From Polyangiaceae bacterium (GTDB taxonomy: Bacteria > Myxococcota_A > Polyangia > Polyangiales > Polyangiaceae), in contig CBDCTZ010000011.1 in assembly GCA_965222375.1 (NCBI GenBank), forward strand, positions 256,001-320,000: 64,000 bases of DNA. Direction: 5' to 3'. The position numbers and the translations under genes are program-made. The notes below the pieces were generated by a model. The model ran no database searches, had not been told where the DNA came from, and saw only the letters and a program-made list of their open reading frames with translations. Shown one piece after another: positions 20,042 through 29,722 of this stretch (position 1 is its first letter; the number at the start of each line of letters is the position of its first letter).

Positions 20042-20365
20042 CTAGGCATCGAGTTCTTGTCTCACTTGGGCCAGCACGTCCACGGCCGGAGACGCATACT
20101 GGCTGATCCAGCGATCGTAGATCTGCTTGATGGGCACCGCGTCGAGGTAGTTCCAGCGCTTTCGTCCCTCCCGACGAACGATGACCAACCCGGCGCGTTC
20201 CAGCACCCCGAGATGCTGCATCACCGTGCAGCGGTCTAGGCTCGGGAAGGCGCTGCACAGATCACCGGTCGTCTTCGGGCCGTTTTTGAGCATGTCGAGG
20301 AGCTTTCGCCGCCGACCGTCCGCGAGGGCCTTGAAAACCGCCTCTTCAGCCCCGACGCTTGACAT
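20042..20365 (-). CDS. ArsR/SmtB-family transcriptional regulator
   Basis: VFKALAD..RR.LL, TTGDL, VMQHL.VLE.AGLV..RREGRKRWNYL. Confidence 0.9.
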   Translation of the reverse strand: MSSVGAEEAVFKALADGRRRKLLDMLKNGPKTTGDLCSAFPSLDRCTVMQHLGVLERAGLVIVRREGRKRWNYLDAVPIKQIYDRWISQYASPAVDVLAQVRQELDA

Positions 20366-20383
20366 GTTATATTTTTATAACAT
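20364..20383. promoter_or_regulatory. Perfect palindromic operator ATGTTATA-TTTT-TATAACAT
   Basis: An 8-4-8 inverted repeat in an AT-rich island between the divergent ArsR and SRPBCC genes; it overlaps the ArsR start codon. Confidence 0.8.
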
Positions 20384-20411
20384 ATGTAGTGAGTCCACAA
20401 GGAGAAACGCC

Positions 20412-20858
20412 ATGGAGCTCAAGTTTCAGGTGCAGACCAAAGTCGCCAAACCCGCAGACGAAGTGTTCGACGCCATCATCAATCCCAAGAAGCTGACGAA
20501 GTACTTCATCAGTGAATCGAGCGGACCGTTGGTCGAAGGAAGTCAGGCCACCTGGAGATTCGCCGAGCACGACGGCGACGTGCTCGTCAAAGTGACTCGG
20601 GTCGTACCCAACGAGCGCATCGTCTTCGAGTGGGAAGCCGCCGACGACAAGCATGAGGACACCCGCGTCGAGATCGAGGTGAAACGACTCGACGACGACG
20701 CCACGTTGCTGCAGATCAGCGAATCAGGCTGGCGCGAAACGCCGGAGGGGCTCAAAGCGTCCTATTCCAACTGCTACGGCTGGTCCCACATGTCTCTTTG
20801 TCTCAAGGCATTCCTCGAGCACGGCATCAACTTGCGCGCGGGGGGAGTCGTGTGTTGA
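20412..20858 (+). CDS. SRPBCC/AHSA1-domain protein
   Basis: EVFDAI.NP..L.KYF, VVPNERIVFEW, ISESGW, GWSHM..CLKAFLE; SD AAGGAG before ATG 20412. Confidence 0.88.
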   Translation: MELKFQVQTKVAKPADEVFDAIINPKKLTKYFISESSGPLVEGSQATWRFAEHDGDVLVKVTRVVPNERIVFEWEAADDKHEDTRVEIEVKRLDDDATLLQISESGWRETPEGLKASYSNCYGWSHMSLCLKAFLEHGINLRAGGVVC

Positions 20859-20869
20859 AGCGAAGTCTT

Positions 20870-20990
20870 TGGGGGCGCGCTTTCTTTGTGCTGGAGCGTT
20901 TAGCTCGGTCCTTGGGTTTGGGGTCGTGCCCTGTGGCGGCATTGGGTCCCTAATCCCGCGCTGCCCGGCGCAGGCGCGCCCCCAGGCAAA
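20870..20990 (-). ncRNA. Candidate structured small RNA (unassigned)
   Basis: Lies just downstream of motif copy B. Its ends form a perfect 11-bp stem (20870-20880 with 20974-20984). No plausible gene here; it sits between convergent CDSs. Confidence 0.3.
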
Positions 20991-20996
20991 AGAGCG

Positions 20997-21032
20997 AGAG
21001 TAGTGCACTCGTTCCGCACCAGTGCTCGACCC
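20997..21032 (-). promoter_or_regulatory. Dispersed promoter-like motif, copy B (degenerate copy A lies on the + strand at 20920-20956)
   Basis: Minus strand reads GGGTCG-ag-CACTG-17 nt-TACTCT. Copy A reads GGGGTCG-tg-CCCTG-17 nt-TAATCC. Confidence 0.55.
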
Positions 21033-21056
21033 AACCAACCAAACCACCAAGGTCGC

Positions 21057-21629
21057 TCAAGCGGCGGCCAAGGCTTCGATCCGTGCGCTGAGTTCGGCGA
21101 CCAACGTCTCGACGGTGTCCGAGTGGCCCCACTGCGCCAGGGTCAGCTCGGTGGCCAGAGCGTCGGCTAGATCCCCCAGTTCGTCGAGCGCGCGCTCGTC
21201 GCGCTCGAGGGCTTGTTGGACCCGAGTGACGCATTGTTGCCGACGCCCGGAAGTATCCGCGCCGCCAGTACGCAGCCGCGCGAGCTCCGTTTCCAGTGCT
21301 TGGATGCGGGCGACGACGCGCTCGACTTGCGATGCGATGGCATGCAGATCTGCGTCGGTGAGCAATCCGTCGAGGGGCGAGCCTGCGACGCGGGATCGTG
21401 CTGCGGACAGCGCAGCCTGGACGCGGTCGCTCGCCGGGTGGCGCTGTCGTCGCGGTGGCGCGGTGGGCTGCTTTGCGGTCTGCGCGAAGGGCGCCCACAG
21501 CGGCCACAACACGAATGCCAGGGCAGCTGAGCCCGCCGTGCGCCAGGTTCGCGGTGATCTTGTCAGCAACATCGCGGCGAAGGCGAGCCCCACGGCTGCG
21601 TAGAGGCCGACCAGAATCGACAGAGTCAT
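21057..21629 (-). CDS. Hypothetical membrane protein (2 TM + coiled coil)
   Basis: Start at ATG 21629 (MTLSILVGLY) overlaps the upstream stop; LWPLWAP followed by heptad-like helices. Confidence 0.7.
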   Translation of the reverse strand: MTLSILVGLYAAVGLAFAAMLLTRSPRTWRTAGSAALAFVLWPLWAPFAQTAKQPTAPPRRQRHPASDRVQAALSAARSRVAGSPLDGLLTDADLHAIASQVERVVARIQALETELARLRTGGADTSGRRQQCVTRVQQALERDERALDELGDLADALATELTLAQWGHSDTVETLVAELSARIEALAAA

Positions 21630-22270
21630 CTCTGCTCCGCGCGATCTACGAGGGCGCCCACAAGTCCACCCTCGATGCGGCCATGAGCGAAGAGGGGTAC
21701 GCTTTCGTCGCGCGGGTCGCCGAGATACGGACGGAACAGCCACGCCGTCTGTGCGCCGAATACGCCGAACACGAGCAGAAAGCTGATCAGCCCCAGGGCA
21801 CGACCGCGGGCATCGCCCATGGCGCGAATGATGAACGCGAGTGCCGAGAGCCCGGCAAGGCCGTAGCCTGCCAGCGCGCCGAAACGCACCCATTCGTAGG
21901 ACGCACCGAAGTCCACGGCCAGAGCGAGCAGGGGTGCGACGGCGATCAGCACCAGGCTGGAGCGGGCGCCGGCACAGAGCACGAGGGTCAGGGTCGTACG
22001 GAATTGGTGGCGCCGGTCAACGGCGGCGGAGATCGCGAAGAACGCAGGGCCAGCGACCACGAGCGTCACTAGGGTCACGACCGGTAACTTGGTGGCCGCG
22101 ATCACGAGTTGGGGAAGCCCTCGGAAGGATCCGGCGGCGGCGCCAAATAGCAAGCCGCCAAGGGCGATCACCAAGAGCGATGTCTTTGCCATTTCGCGTT
22201 GTGCGATCGGGTCGCTGCAGCGCTCGATCACCTGCGCGGGCGCGCGGAGCAGTTGAGGGATGAAGCTCAC
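21626..22270 (-). CDS. Hypothetical polytopic membrane protein (Yip1-like)
   Basis: About 5 TM helices with KLP..TL.TL....PAFF and Q.AWLFRPYLG motifs; GTGA coupling to the upstream gene. Confidence 0.7.
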   Translation of the reverse strand: MSFIPQLLRAPAQVIERCSDPIAQREMAKTSLLVIALGGLLFGAAAGSFRGLPQLVIAATKLPVVTLVTLVVAGPAFFAISAAVDRRHQFRTTLTLVLCAGARSSLVLIAVAPLLALAVDFGASYEWVRFGALAGYGLAGLSALAFIIRAMGDARGRALGLISFLLVFGVFGAQTAWLFRPYLGDPRDESVPLFAHGRIEGGLVGALVDRAEQR

Positions 22271-22881
22271 GATGCACCTCCAGCCAGGGGCCCACCGAGC
22301 ATCGGCAGCAGCAACCACCAGGCGCGTGCGGCGATCAGCGCTGCGACCAAGAACAGGCCCAGCAGCATCAGATAGCTGACGACCGCTGCGCCGGCGCTTT
22401 CGGATGCGCTGCCAACCAGGTGCCAAAGTCGCCGAGCCCCGAGGACGCAGGCCAGGCCCAGGCCGGCGATGGCCAGGGCGGCGGCACCAAAGGGTGTCTC
22501 ACAGGTCACTGTCACGAGCACTGCGCCCGGCGCTAGTCCCGCTAGAACGAGTCCGGTCGTTGCCAGCCCCTCGGCGGCGCCGTGGGTCAGTGCTTTCAAG
22601 TCGACGGGCAAGTTGAGGTGCGCCAGCCCGATCGCGGCTGCGGGTGCGGAAAGCCCTACCGCCGCGAGCAGTCCGAGGGGAACGCCCACGGCGTGGATGG
22701 CCATCGACAGCGCGCCGTAGCGGGCGCCGATGGCAAGCCCGAAGATGGCGGCGAGTCCCAGCCCCCGCGCCGAGGTGCGCAGAGCCGCCTGAAAGTCTAA
22801 CGGCGTTTCGCACTGGATAGCTCTGGGAGCCACCCGCGGAGCGGGTGCCGCCGTCGAGTCCGGTAATGAAGATGTAGTCAT
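22267..22881 (-). CDS. Hypothetical polytopic membrane protein, probable distant paralog of the downstream gene
   Basis: About 5 TM helices with a similar layout (GLAIG...VPLGLL...SAPA, LAGLAP, ARAWW). Start placed at ATG 22881. Confidence 0.65.
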   Translation of the reverse strand: MTTSSLPDSTAAPAPRVAPRAIQCETPLDFQAALRTSARGLGLAAIFGLAIGARYGALSMAIHAVGVPLGLLAAVGLSAPAAAIGLAHLNLPVDLKALTHGAAEGLATTGLVLAGLAPGAVLVTVTCETPFGAAALAIAGLGLACVLGARRLWHLVGSASESAGAAVVSYLMLLGLFLVAALIAARAWWLLLPMLGGPLAGGAS

Positions 22882-23020
22882 GGTCTGCACGCTAGCTGGC
22901 GCCGGTGCAGCTCCCTGGGCGGCCACGCACGAGTTTGGTGGAGTTCTGGTGCAGGCTCGGTGCAGCGGGCCGGTGGGCGTCGCCCCAAACGCCCAGCGCG
23001 ATTCCTGCTAGCGTCGAGCC

Positions 23021-24178
23021 ATGGCTACCGAAAAGTCCCATGGCTACGCGACGCGCGCGATTCATGCCGGCGTTTCCCCCAACAAACTCACTGGTGCAAT
23101 CGTCGACCCGATTTCGCAGTGCTCCGTGTACGCGCAGCCGTACCCCGGCGAGTTCAAATACGACTACGGGCGGTCCATGAATCCGAACTTCTACCCCCTC
23201 GAGGAAGCGCTGGCTGCTCTCGAAGGTGCGAAGCATGCGGCCGTCGTGTCCTCCGGCGTGGCCGCGATGACAGCGATCATCACTCTCGCCAAGGCCGGCG
23301 ACACGGTCTTGCTCCCGAAGGACCTCTATGGCGGCACGTACCGACTCTACGTGCAGGTATTCGGCAACTACGGCCTCGAGTTCATTCAAGTCGACATGCA
23401 CGATCTTGGAGCCGTGGAGGAAGCCCTCGGGCGCGGCGCCAAGATGCTCTATGCGGAATCGCCGACCAATCCCCTGTTGCAGATCTACGACCTAGAGGCA
23501 CTGGCGAGTCTTGCCAAAAAGCACGGCGCCATCTCCGTATGCGACAACACCTTCGCGACGCCAGTTTTTCAGAATCCTCTGGCCCTCGGCATGGACATCG
23601 TTCTGCATTCCGCCTCGAAGTATCTGGGCGGGCATTCCGACATCGTCGGTGGGTCGGTGATGACCAGTGACAAGGCCATCCACGAGCAGCTTTGTTTCGC
23701 GCGCAAGTCGATCGGCCTGCATCACGACCCACTCAGCATGTTTCTCTTGCGGCGTGGCCTCAAGACGCTGCCCCTCCGAATGGAGCGGCATCAAGAAAAC
23801 GCCTTCAAGTTCGCGGAGCACCTCCAGGCACATCCGAAGGTCGAGCGAGTGATTTACCCTGGCCTCGCGAGCCACCCCGACCACGAGATCGCCAAGAAAC
23901 AAATGAAGGGGTTCTCGGGGATGGTATCCGTCGAATTCGCTCTCGACCTCGAGTCGACGAATCGCGTCGTGAGCTCACTTCAAGTCATCACCCTGGCCGA
24001 GAGCCTGGGCGCGGTGGAGTCCCTCGTGCAGATCCCGGCGAGCATGAGTAACCAGAAGATCCCCAAAGAGATTCGCGAAAAGAACGGGCTCAAAGATGGG
24101 CTGGTGCGCTTTTCGGTCGGGATCGAGAACATCGAAGACCTCGTCGCCGACGTCGATCAAGCTCTCGCGCGAGCGTAG
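23021..24178 (+). CDS. PLP-dependent transsulfuration enzyme (cystathionine gamma-lyase/synthase family)
   Basis: SSGVAA, LYGGTYR, ESPTNP, DNTFATP, HSASKYLGGHSD, AESLGAVESL, RFSVGIE. Confidence 0.93.
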   Translation: MATEKSHGYATRAIHAGVSPNKLTGAIVDPISQCSVYAQPYPGEFKYDYGRSMNPNFYPLEEALAALEGAKHAAVVSSGVAAMTAIITLAKAGDTVLLPKDLYGGTYRLYVQVFGNYGLEFIQVDMHDLGAVEEALGRGAKMLYAESPTNPLLQIYDLEALASLAKKHGAISVCDNTFATPVFQNPLALGMDIVLHSASKYLGGHSDIVGGSVMTSDKAIHEQLCFARKSIGLHHDPLSMFLLRRGLKTLPLRMERHQENAFKFAEHLQAHPKVERVIYPGLASHPDHEIAKKQMKGFSGMVSVEFALDLESTNRVVSSLQVITLAESLGAVESLVQIPASMSNQKIPKEIREKNGLKDGLVRFSVGIENIEDLVADVDQALARA

Positions 24179-24188
24179 CCGCAAGCTG

Positions 24189-24662
24189 CTACACGGACGT
24201 GATCGCGATGGCGGCGCCGTAGAGAATGCCGTAGAGAATGAAGATCCCGATGATCATCACGAAGCCAAATACGGTCGCGACGATGCCGCCGATGGCCATG
24301 CCTTTGCCGGTCTTCTGGCCCTGCGAGCCGCTGATGCGCGACAAGGCGATGATGCCGCAAACGATGGCGCCGATGCCGACCGGCCAGCCAAGATAGCAAC
24401 AGAAGTGGAGCGGTATGCTCGCGATGCCTAGCACCAGGGATACGATCGCCACTGGATCCGCGGCCGGGCCGGGTGTGCCCATGCCCGGCGGCATGCCAGC
24501 TCCGTAGCCTGGCGGTGGCCCGTAGCCTGGGGCGGCGTAACCGGGGGGTGGGCCTCCGGCAGGCGGACCTCCAGCGGGTGGCGGACCTCCAGCGGGCGGT
24601 GGACCGAAACCCCCTGGCGGCTGACCGTATCCTCCGCCTCCCGGAGGTTGACCGTAGCTCAT
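24189..24662 (-). CDS. DUF4190-like membrane protein with Pro/Gly-rich N-terminus
   Basis: AIVSLVLGI...IVCGIIAL.RI......GKGMAIGGIV. Confidence 0.8.
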   Translation of the reverse strand: MSYGQPPGGGGYGQPPGGFGPPPAGGPPPAGGPPAGGPPPGYAAPGYGPPPGYGAGMPPGMGTPGPAADPVAIVSLVLGIASIPLHFCCYLGWPVGIGAIVCGIIALSRISGSQGQKTGKGMAIGGIVATVFGFVMIIGIFILYGILYGAAIAITSV

Positions 24663-24790
24663 GTGCTCTCACTGATAACACGGAGCCGAGCCGTCGCGCG
24701 CTGTTTCGGCCGCGCCTGCAGCGCGCACCCTTCCTGGCAGAGGTGAGCAATTGAAGGCATTCCAAACCCTGCTCAAGGACCCGCGGACCG

Positions 24791-26191
24791 CTACCGTGGT
24801 GCCTTGACGTCAAGCGTCGCCTTCAAAGGGAGTAGCTTCGTGAGGCGGCGAAACGCCGGGACTGCCTCAGTTGGGATGCGCTCTCGGGACTCCCCGTTTC
24901 CGAGGGCGAGGTCGTACAGGGCGTTGTTCCAGCCCCCGGGCGCGAAGAACGTTTCAATGGGTTCGGAGACCCGGTCTCGGTAGTCCCACTGAACCGCTTG
25001 TATCAAGGGCCACCAATTCAGACCGACGAGCGGAAAGCCCTCGCCGCGTAGGCGACGGGCAGCCTGGCCCAAGGCGCCAGCGTAGGCGGCCCGGGCGGCC
25101 GGAGTCAGGCCGGCGCTAGTCTCGCTCAAGTATACGTCGAGCCCAAAATAGTCGTGGGCTCTTCGCAGCCCAGCTTCGACCCGCATAGCTGCCTCGCGCG
25201 CCGCTTGCTCCAAGGGCAGGCTGCCATCGCGAGTGAAGTCTGGTCCGTCTGGGAAATCCACGACGTCGGGGTAATGGTTGTAGCCGAGGATGTCCGGTGG
25301 CTCTGCCTGCGCGTGGAGCCAGTCAATCTCGGTCGCATCAACTCCCAGGTCTTTCAGCCAAGTGCTGAGGCGGTGGTTGGGTGCAACCTTGCCGTAGGCC
25401 AAGCTCGCCGGAAAACTCCCGGCCGCGCCTCGCAAGTCTTCGGCCTGAGGATCGTCAACGGGGAGGCCTGGGACCAATGCATCCGCTAGCAGCCAGTTGA
25501 TGGGATCCGCGGAGATCAAGACGGCTTCGGGAAGTACGCTGCGCAGGCTCCTCGAGCACAGCACCATGGCCCGCGCGATCCGAACGCCAAGTTGCGCAAA
25601 CGCACTCGGGCTCGCTTCATACGGGGGCCACGTGCCTGTCGCACCGCAGAGCGTCGCTGCGACCTGAGGCTCGTTGTACGGCGTGAAGTGCGTGACGAGC
25701 CCGCCAAGCTGCTCAGCCACCGCCTCCGCGTAGCGCGCGAGCGCGTCCGGGAAGAGAGGATCACCGATGCCGCTGTGCATCCATGCAGGCGTGCCGTAGT
25801 GAATCAGGTCGAGAATCGGGGTGATGCCCAAGTGGGCTAGAAACTCGAGACGCTCGCGGAGTGCCCCGAATTCATAGACACGGGGTGCCGACTCGATGCG
25901 CGGCCAGGGCAGGCTATAGCGAATGCAATTCACGCCGAGCTGCTCGGCAAGCAATAGGTCGTCCCGCCAGCGGTCGTCGTGCCCCGTTAGGGCGTATTCG
26001 TCCAGAGCGCGTCGGTTCCCGTCGCTCGTGGGGGTCGACTGCACCATCCATGTGTTTTCGATACCTACGCCCAGATAAAATTCGCGGCGGGGAGGCGTCG
26101 GAATGAGATCTTCGTCTCGTCCACAGCTCTCCAGGCAGAGCGCCGTCGCGGTTGCACCTAGCTGGCCCAGGAACTCGCGTCGTGAATGCAC
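24791..26191 (-). CDS. Glycoside hydrolase family 1-like enzyme, probable Tat-exported lipoprotein
   Basis: SRREFL twin-arginine motif plus Cys; RYSLPWPRIE, DLIHYGTP, TPYNEP (acid/base), YLSETS (nucleophile). Confidence 0.85.
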   Translation of the reverse strand: MHSRREFLGQLGATATALCLESCGRDEDLIPTPPRREFYLGVGIENTWMVQSTPTSDGNRRALDEYALTGHDDRWRDDLLLAEQLGVNCIRYSLPWPRIESAPRVYEFGALRERLEFLAHLGITPILDLIHYGTPAWMHSGIGDPLFPDALARYAEAVAEQLGGLVTHFTPYNEPQVAATLCGATGTWPPYEASPSAFAQLGVRIARAMVLCSRSLRSVLPEAVLISADPINWLLADALVPGLPVDDPQAEDLRGAAGSFPASLAYGKVAPNHRLSTWLKDLGVDATEIDWLHAQAEPPDILGYNHYPDVVDFPDGPDFTRDGSLPLEQAAREAAMRVEAGLRRAHDYFGLDVYLSETSAGLTPAARAAYAGALGQAARRLRGEGFPLVGLNWWPLIQAVQWDYRDRVSEPIETFFAPGGWNNALYDLALGNGESRERIPTEAVPAFRRLTKLLPLKATLDVKAPR

Positions 26192-26203
26192 CCCGTCCGA
26201 ACC

Positions 26204-26917
26204 TCACTTGGCTTTGGCAGAGCGCCGTGCGGCGTACGTTGAGCCGCTGGGATTCAGAAGCGCAAGTGCGAGCTTGGCAATGTCTGTGCTGATATCGTCC
26301 AGAGGGCGTGGTTGAGATCGGTACAGCTCGGCACTGATCACACCCATTGCGCTATCTGAGACCATTCGCATCACGCTCCTCAAGTCGGCCGAGTCTCGCT
26401 CCGGCAGTAGCTTGGCTACGCGATCTGCCAGCACGTCTGCGAAGCGATCGCGCTCCTCGATGATGGTTTCGACCAACCCCAGGCGCACGATGCCTGAAAT
26501 GACAACCCGCGTTCTCGCCGGGTGTGCCAGGTACGCTTGTACGACGGCGTCTGCCGTGCTCTGCGCCAGGGCTTCCAACGACGACTGGTCGGCGGCATCC
26601 ACTTCAACTACCAGGCTGTCGAAATTCTCCCGTGTGACTCGGCCGATGAGGGCGCCCAGCAGCGCCTCCTTGCTCGAGAAGTATTCGTAGAAAGAGCCGA
26701 TTCCGACGCCCGCGCGCCGAACCAGAGACTCGATCCGCAGATCCGGTAGGCCTTCGCCGCGACGCAGGTGTTCATCCAAGGCTTCGACCACAGCGCTCAC
26801 GACAGCGCGGGAGCGCGACTGTTTGGGCGGCCGCCGGAAGAACCGCTGGAACACGGACGGGCCCGGGGGCTGAGCTTTCGCGGTCTCACGCTTGGTACTG
26901 CTTGCTACGTCCGTCAT
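26204..26917 (-). CDS. TetR/AcrR-family transcriptional regulator
   Basis: PKQSRSR..V, RAGVGIGSFYEYF.SKEAL HTH signature. Confidence 0.88.
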   Translation of the reverse strand: MTDVASSTKRETAKAQPPGPSVFQRFFRRPPKQSRSRAVVSAVVEALDEHLRRGEGLPDLRIESLVRRAGVGIGSFYEYFSSKEALLGALIGRVTRENFDSLVVEVDAADQSSLEALAQSTADAVVQAYLAHPARTRVVISGIVRLGLVETIIEERDRFADVLADRVAKLLPERDSADLRSVMRMVSDSAMGVISAELYRSQPRPLDDISTDIAKLALALLNPSGSTYAARRSAKAK

Positions 26918-27225
26918 CGACCGACTGGCACTCCCCGGAAAACCCAAAACGCTTGGGTACCGTGTTTGCGAAGTCTAGGTGATTTCAACCAGTTGAGCAT
27001 ATCTGGAATCCGAGTGCGGCGATCGGTTCCAGCGTCGGCAGGTCAGGCGGCGCTTTCGCCCGGCGCGGATGGCAACCGAATCCAAAACTCCAAGTCTGAT
27101 GGACTCCGGGACGAACCAGTCGAGGCCTGCCCGGATGCGAGACGCGACATTCATTTCGCGCCATCAGCTTAGGGCAGTATCGCCAATCCGCGCCGCCTGT
27201 CGACGCAGGACTGCACTTTTCGCCG

Positions 27226-28308
27226 CTAGCCCGCGGCGGCAGCTATCGCGGCCTGAGGCGACAACTCACGCCACCAGGTTGCGACGCGATGGCTACGTGC
27301 GGGCTCCACCGCTGCACCCAGCGCCGGTATCAGCAATTGCGCGTCGGTCTCACTGGCGCGGGTGAGGAGGGTTTCGACAGGTTCGTCCCAGGCATGCAGG
27401 GCCAGATTGAAGGTACCCCAATGCACGGGCATCAGACGCCGGCCACCTAGCAGGGATAGTGCGGTCAGCGCGTTCTCTGGACCCAGATGAATCTGGCCCC
27501 AGGCCTCGTGAAAGGCCCCGACTTCCAACATCACCAAGTCGAAGGGCCCCAGCCGCTCTCGGATGTCCGCATACTCTCGAGTGAGACCGGTGTCCCCACT
27601 GAAAAACACGGAGTGCTTCGGGCCGCGAATCGCGAAGCCGGACCAAAGAGTCAGGTTCCGGTCCGAGATGCTACGCCCGGAGAAGTGCTGAGAAGGTGTG
27701 GCTGTGATCTCGAGATCCCGATGAGGCAGTTGGGCGGTTTCCCACCAATCCAACTCCGTAATGCGCTCGGGGTGCACCCCCCAGCTCTCGAGGTGCGCGC
27801 CGACCCCAAGAGACGTGTAGAAGCGAACGTCGGACCGGGCGAGCTGGCAGATAGTGCCGTAATCGAGGTGGTCGTAGTGGTCGTGAGAGATGACCACAGC
27901 GTCCAGCGACGGGAGATCGGTCAGTGCGACGGGAGCGGGTTGAAAGCGTTTCGGTCCAGAGAACGAAAACGGTGACGCGCGCGAGCTCCAAACCGGATCG
28001 GTCAGAATGCGCGCGCCATCGATCTCAACCAACACACTTGAATGGCCCAGCCAGGTCACTCGCATCCCGGTTTCGGCTTCCTGGAGCCAGGTTGAGCGTG
28101 GGTCCCTCAAGGGCAGGGGTTTTCGTGGCGTGCGACGCTGTCCACCCGCGATGAACTCACTGATGGTCGACCAGGTCGTACCCGGGCGTAGCCCTGGAGA
28201 AACCGCCTCGGTGTTGCGAAAGGCCCCTTTGATGTACTGGGCTGACGCGCGCATGCGCTCCAGGCGCAACCCCGACGCGCGGCTTCCGAAAGCAGACCCG
28301 TTCACCAA
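27226..28308 (-). CDS. MBL-fold metallo-hydrolase (NAPE-PLD/RomA-like)
   Basis: TWLGHS, LTDPVW, ISHDHYDHLD, QHFSGR, FSGDTG, PVHWGTF. Confidence 0.92.
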   Translation of the reverse strand: MVNGSAFGSRASGLRLERMRASAQYIKGAFRNTEAVSPGLRPGTTWSTISEFIAGGQRRTPRKPLPLRDPRSTWLQEAETGMRVTWLGHSSVLVEIDGARILTDPVWSSRASPFSFSGPKRFQPAPVALTDLPSLDAVVISHDHYDHLDYGTICQLARSDVRFYTSLGVGAHLESWGVHPERITELDWWETAQLPHRDLEITATPSQHFSGRSISDRNLTLWSGFAIRGPKHSVFFSGDTGLTREYADIRERLGPFDLVMLEVGAFHEAWGQIHLGPENALTALSLLGGRRLMPVHWGTFNLALHAWDEPVETLLTRASETDAQLLIPALGAAVEPARSHRVATWWRELSPQAAIAAAAG

Positions 28309-28514
28309 CTTCTATTTGGGTCGTTTTAGCTTGGGCGCAAGGGGACGGCAGGGACGTCAGGGATCTGAGCCGCGACTTTGCGCCGAAAAAAACCAGGATC
28401 AGTTCCCGCGAAGCCCACCCGCGCCACCTCCCGCCAGCCGGCCTCGCTTTCGGCGTCGTCTGCGATTGGACAGGGAATGAAGCTCAGCCGCGCTGGGGCG
28501 TGTAGGATGCCGCC

Positions 28515-29705
28515 GTGATCACCAGCCCGCTAGCGATCTTGGCCGTGTTGCTCGGCGTACTGGCCGCGCTCTTCGCAGCCGAAAGGCACGCGACCATCGG
28601 CAAAGTGTTTCGCTACGTCCCACTGCTGGTGTTCGCCTACTTCGTTCCAACCCTGCTCTCCAACACGGGTGTTATTCCTCTCGAATCGAGCCTCTACACC
28701 TTCATCAAGAAGTGGCTGCTGCCAGCCAGCCTCGCGCTGCTGACTCTCAGCGTCGACGTGCCAGCGATTCTCAAGCTCGGCCGCCCGGCTGTCGTTCTAT
28801 TCCTGACTGCAACCGCCAGCATCGTGATTGGTGGCCCCCTGGCCTACTTGGCGCTGGGTCAATTCGCGCCGGAGGCGCTCGGTGAACAAGCTTGGAAAGG
28901 CCTGGCTGCGCTCGCAGGATCCTGGATTGGTGGTGGCGCGAACTTCGTTGCGATCGGAGAGAGCGTCGGGAGCACATCCTCGACCCTGAGCATGATGGTG
29001 GTCGTCGATGTCGCCGTGGCCAACGTCTGGATGGCGGTGCTCCTCTTCTTTGCGGGACGCGAGCGTGCGATTGACGAGCGGCTTGGCGCCGACCGGACCC
29101 AGCTCGAAAACGTCAAGACCCGCATTGCGGATTACCAAGCCAGCGTCTCGACTCCGACTTCGCTGCCCGCCTTGCTCACGATGCTCGCCATAGCGTTTGG
29201 GGCCACCGCGCTGGCGACCTGGGCCTCCACGAAGCTGCCTGCCGTAGGCAGCATTATCAGCGGATTCACATGGGTGGTCATCATCGTCACGGCTGTGGGG
29301 CTCGGGCTGTCGTTCACGCGGCTCCGTGCTCTGGAGGGTGCCGGAGCGAGTCGGGTGGGCAGCGTGTTTCTGTATCTGCTCGTCGCGAGCATTGGTGCCC
29401 ACGCCGAGTTTCGTAAGGTTCTGGACGCGCCGGCCCTGGTCGCTATTGGTGCTCTGTGGATGCTATTTCACGCCACGCTCTTGCTTGCGGTGCAGCGCTG
29501 GATGCGGGCGCCGATATTCTTCGCTGCGGTTGGGTCTCAAGCCAATGTGGGTGGAGCCGCCTCCGCACCTATCGTCGCCGCTTCGTTTCACCCCGCCCTC
29601 GCACCTGTTGGCATCCTGCTGGCGGTCGGTGGCTATGTGCTCGGGACCTACGCTGCACTGCTCTGCGCTGCGTTGCTGGAGCAGGTGCATCTAGTGCTGC
29701 ACTGA
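28515..29705 (+). CDS. DUF819-family membrane protein
   Basis: About 11 TM helices; GSWIGGGANFVA, SQANVGG.ASAP, VGGYVLGTY. Confidence 0.88.
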   Translation: MITSPLAILAVLLGVLAALFAAERHATIGKVFRYVPLLVFAYFVPTLLSNTGVIPLESSLYTFIKKWLLPASLALLTLSVDVPAILKLGRPAVVLFLTATASIVIGGPLAYLALGQFAPEALGEQAWKGLAALAGSWIGGGANFVAIGESVGSTSSTLSMMVVVDVAVANVWMAVLLFFAGRERAIDERLGADRTQLENVKTRIADYQASVSTPTSLPALLTMLAIAFGATALATWASTKLPAVGSIISGFTWVVIIVTAVGLGLSFTRLRALEGAGASRVGSVFLYLLVASIGAHAEFRKVLDAPALVAIGALWMLFHATLLLAVQRWMRAPIFFAAVGSQANVGGAASAPIVAASFHPALAPVGILLAVGGYVLGTYAALLCAALLEQVHLVLH

Positions 29706-29722
29706 GTTGCGAGAGACCGCCG

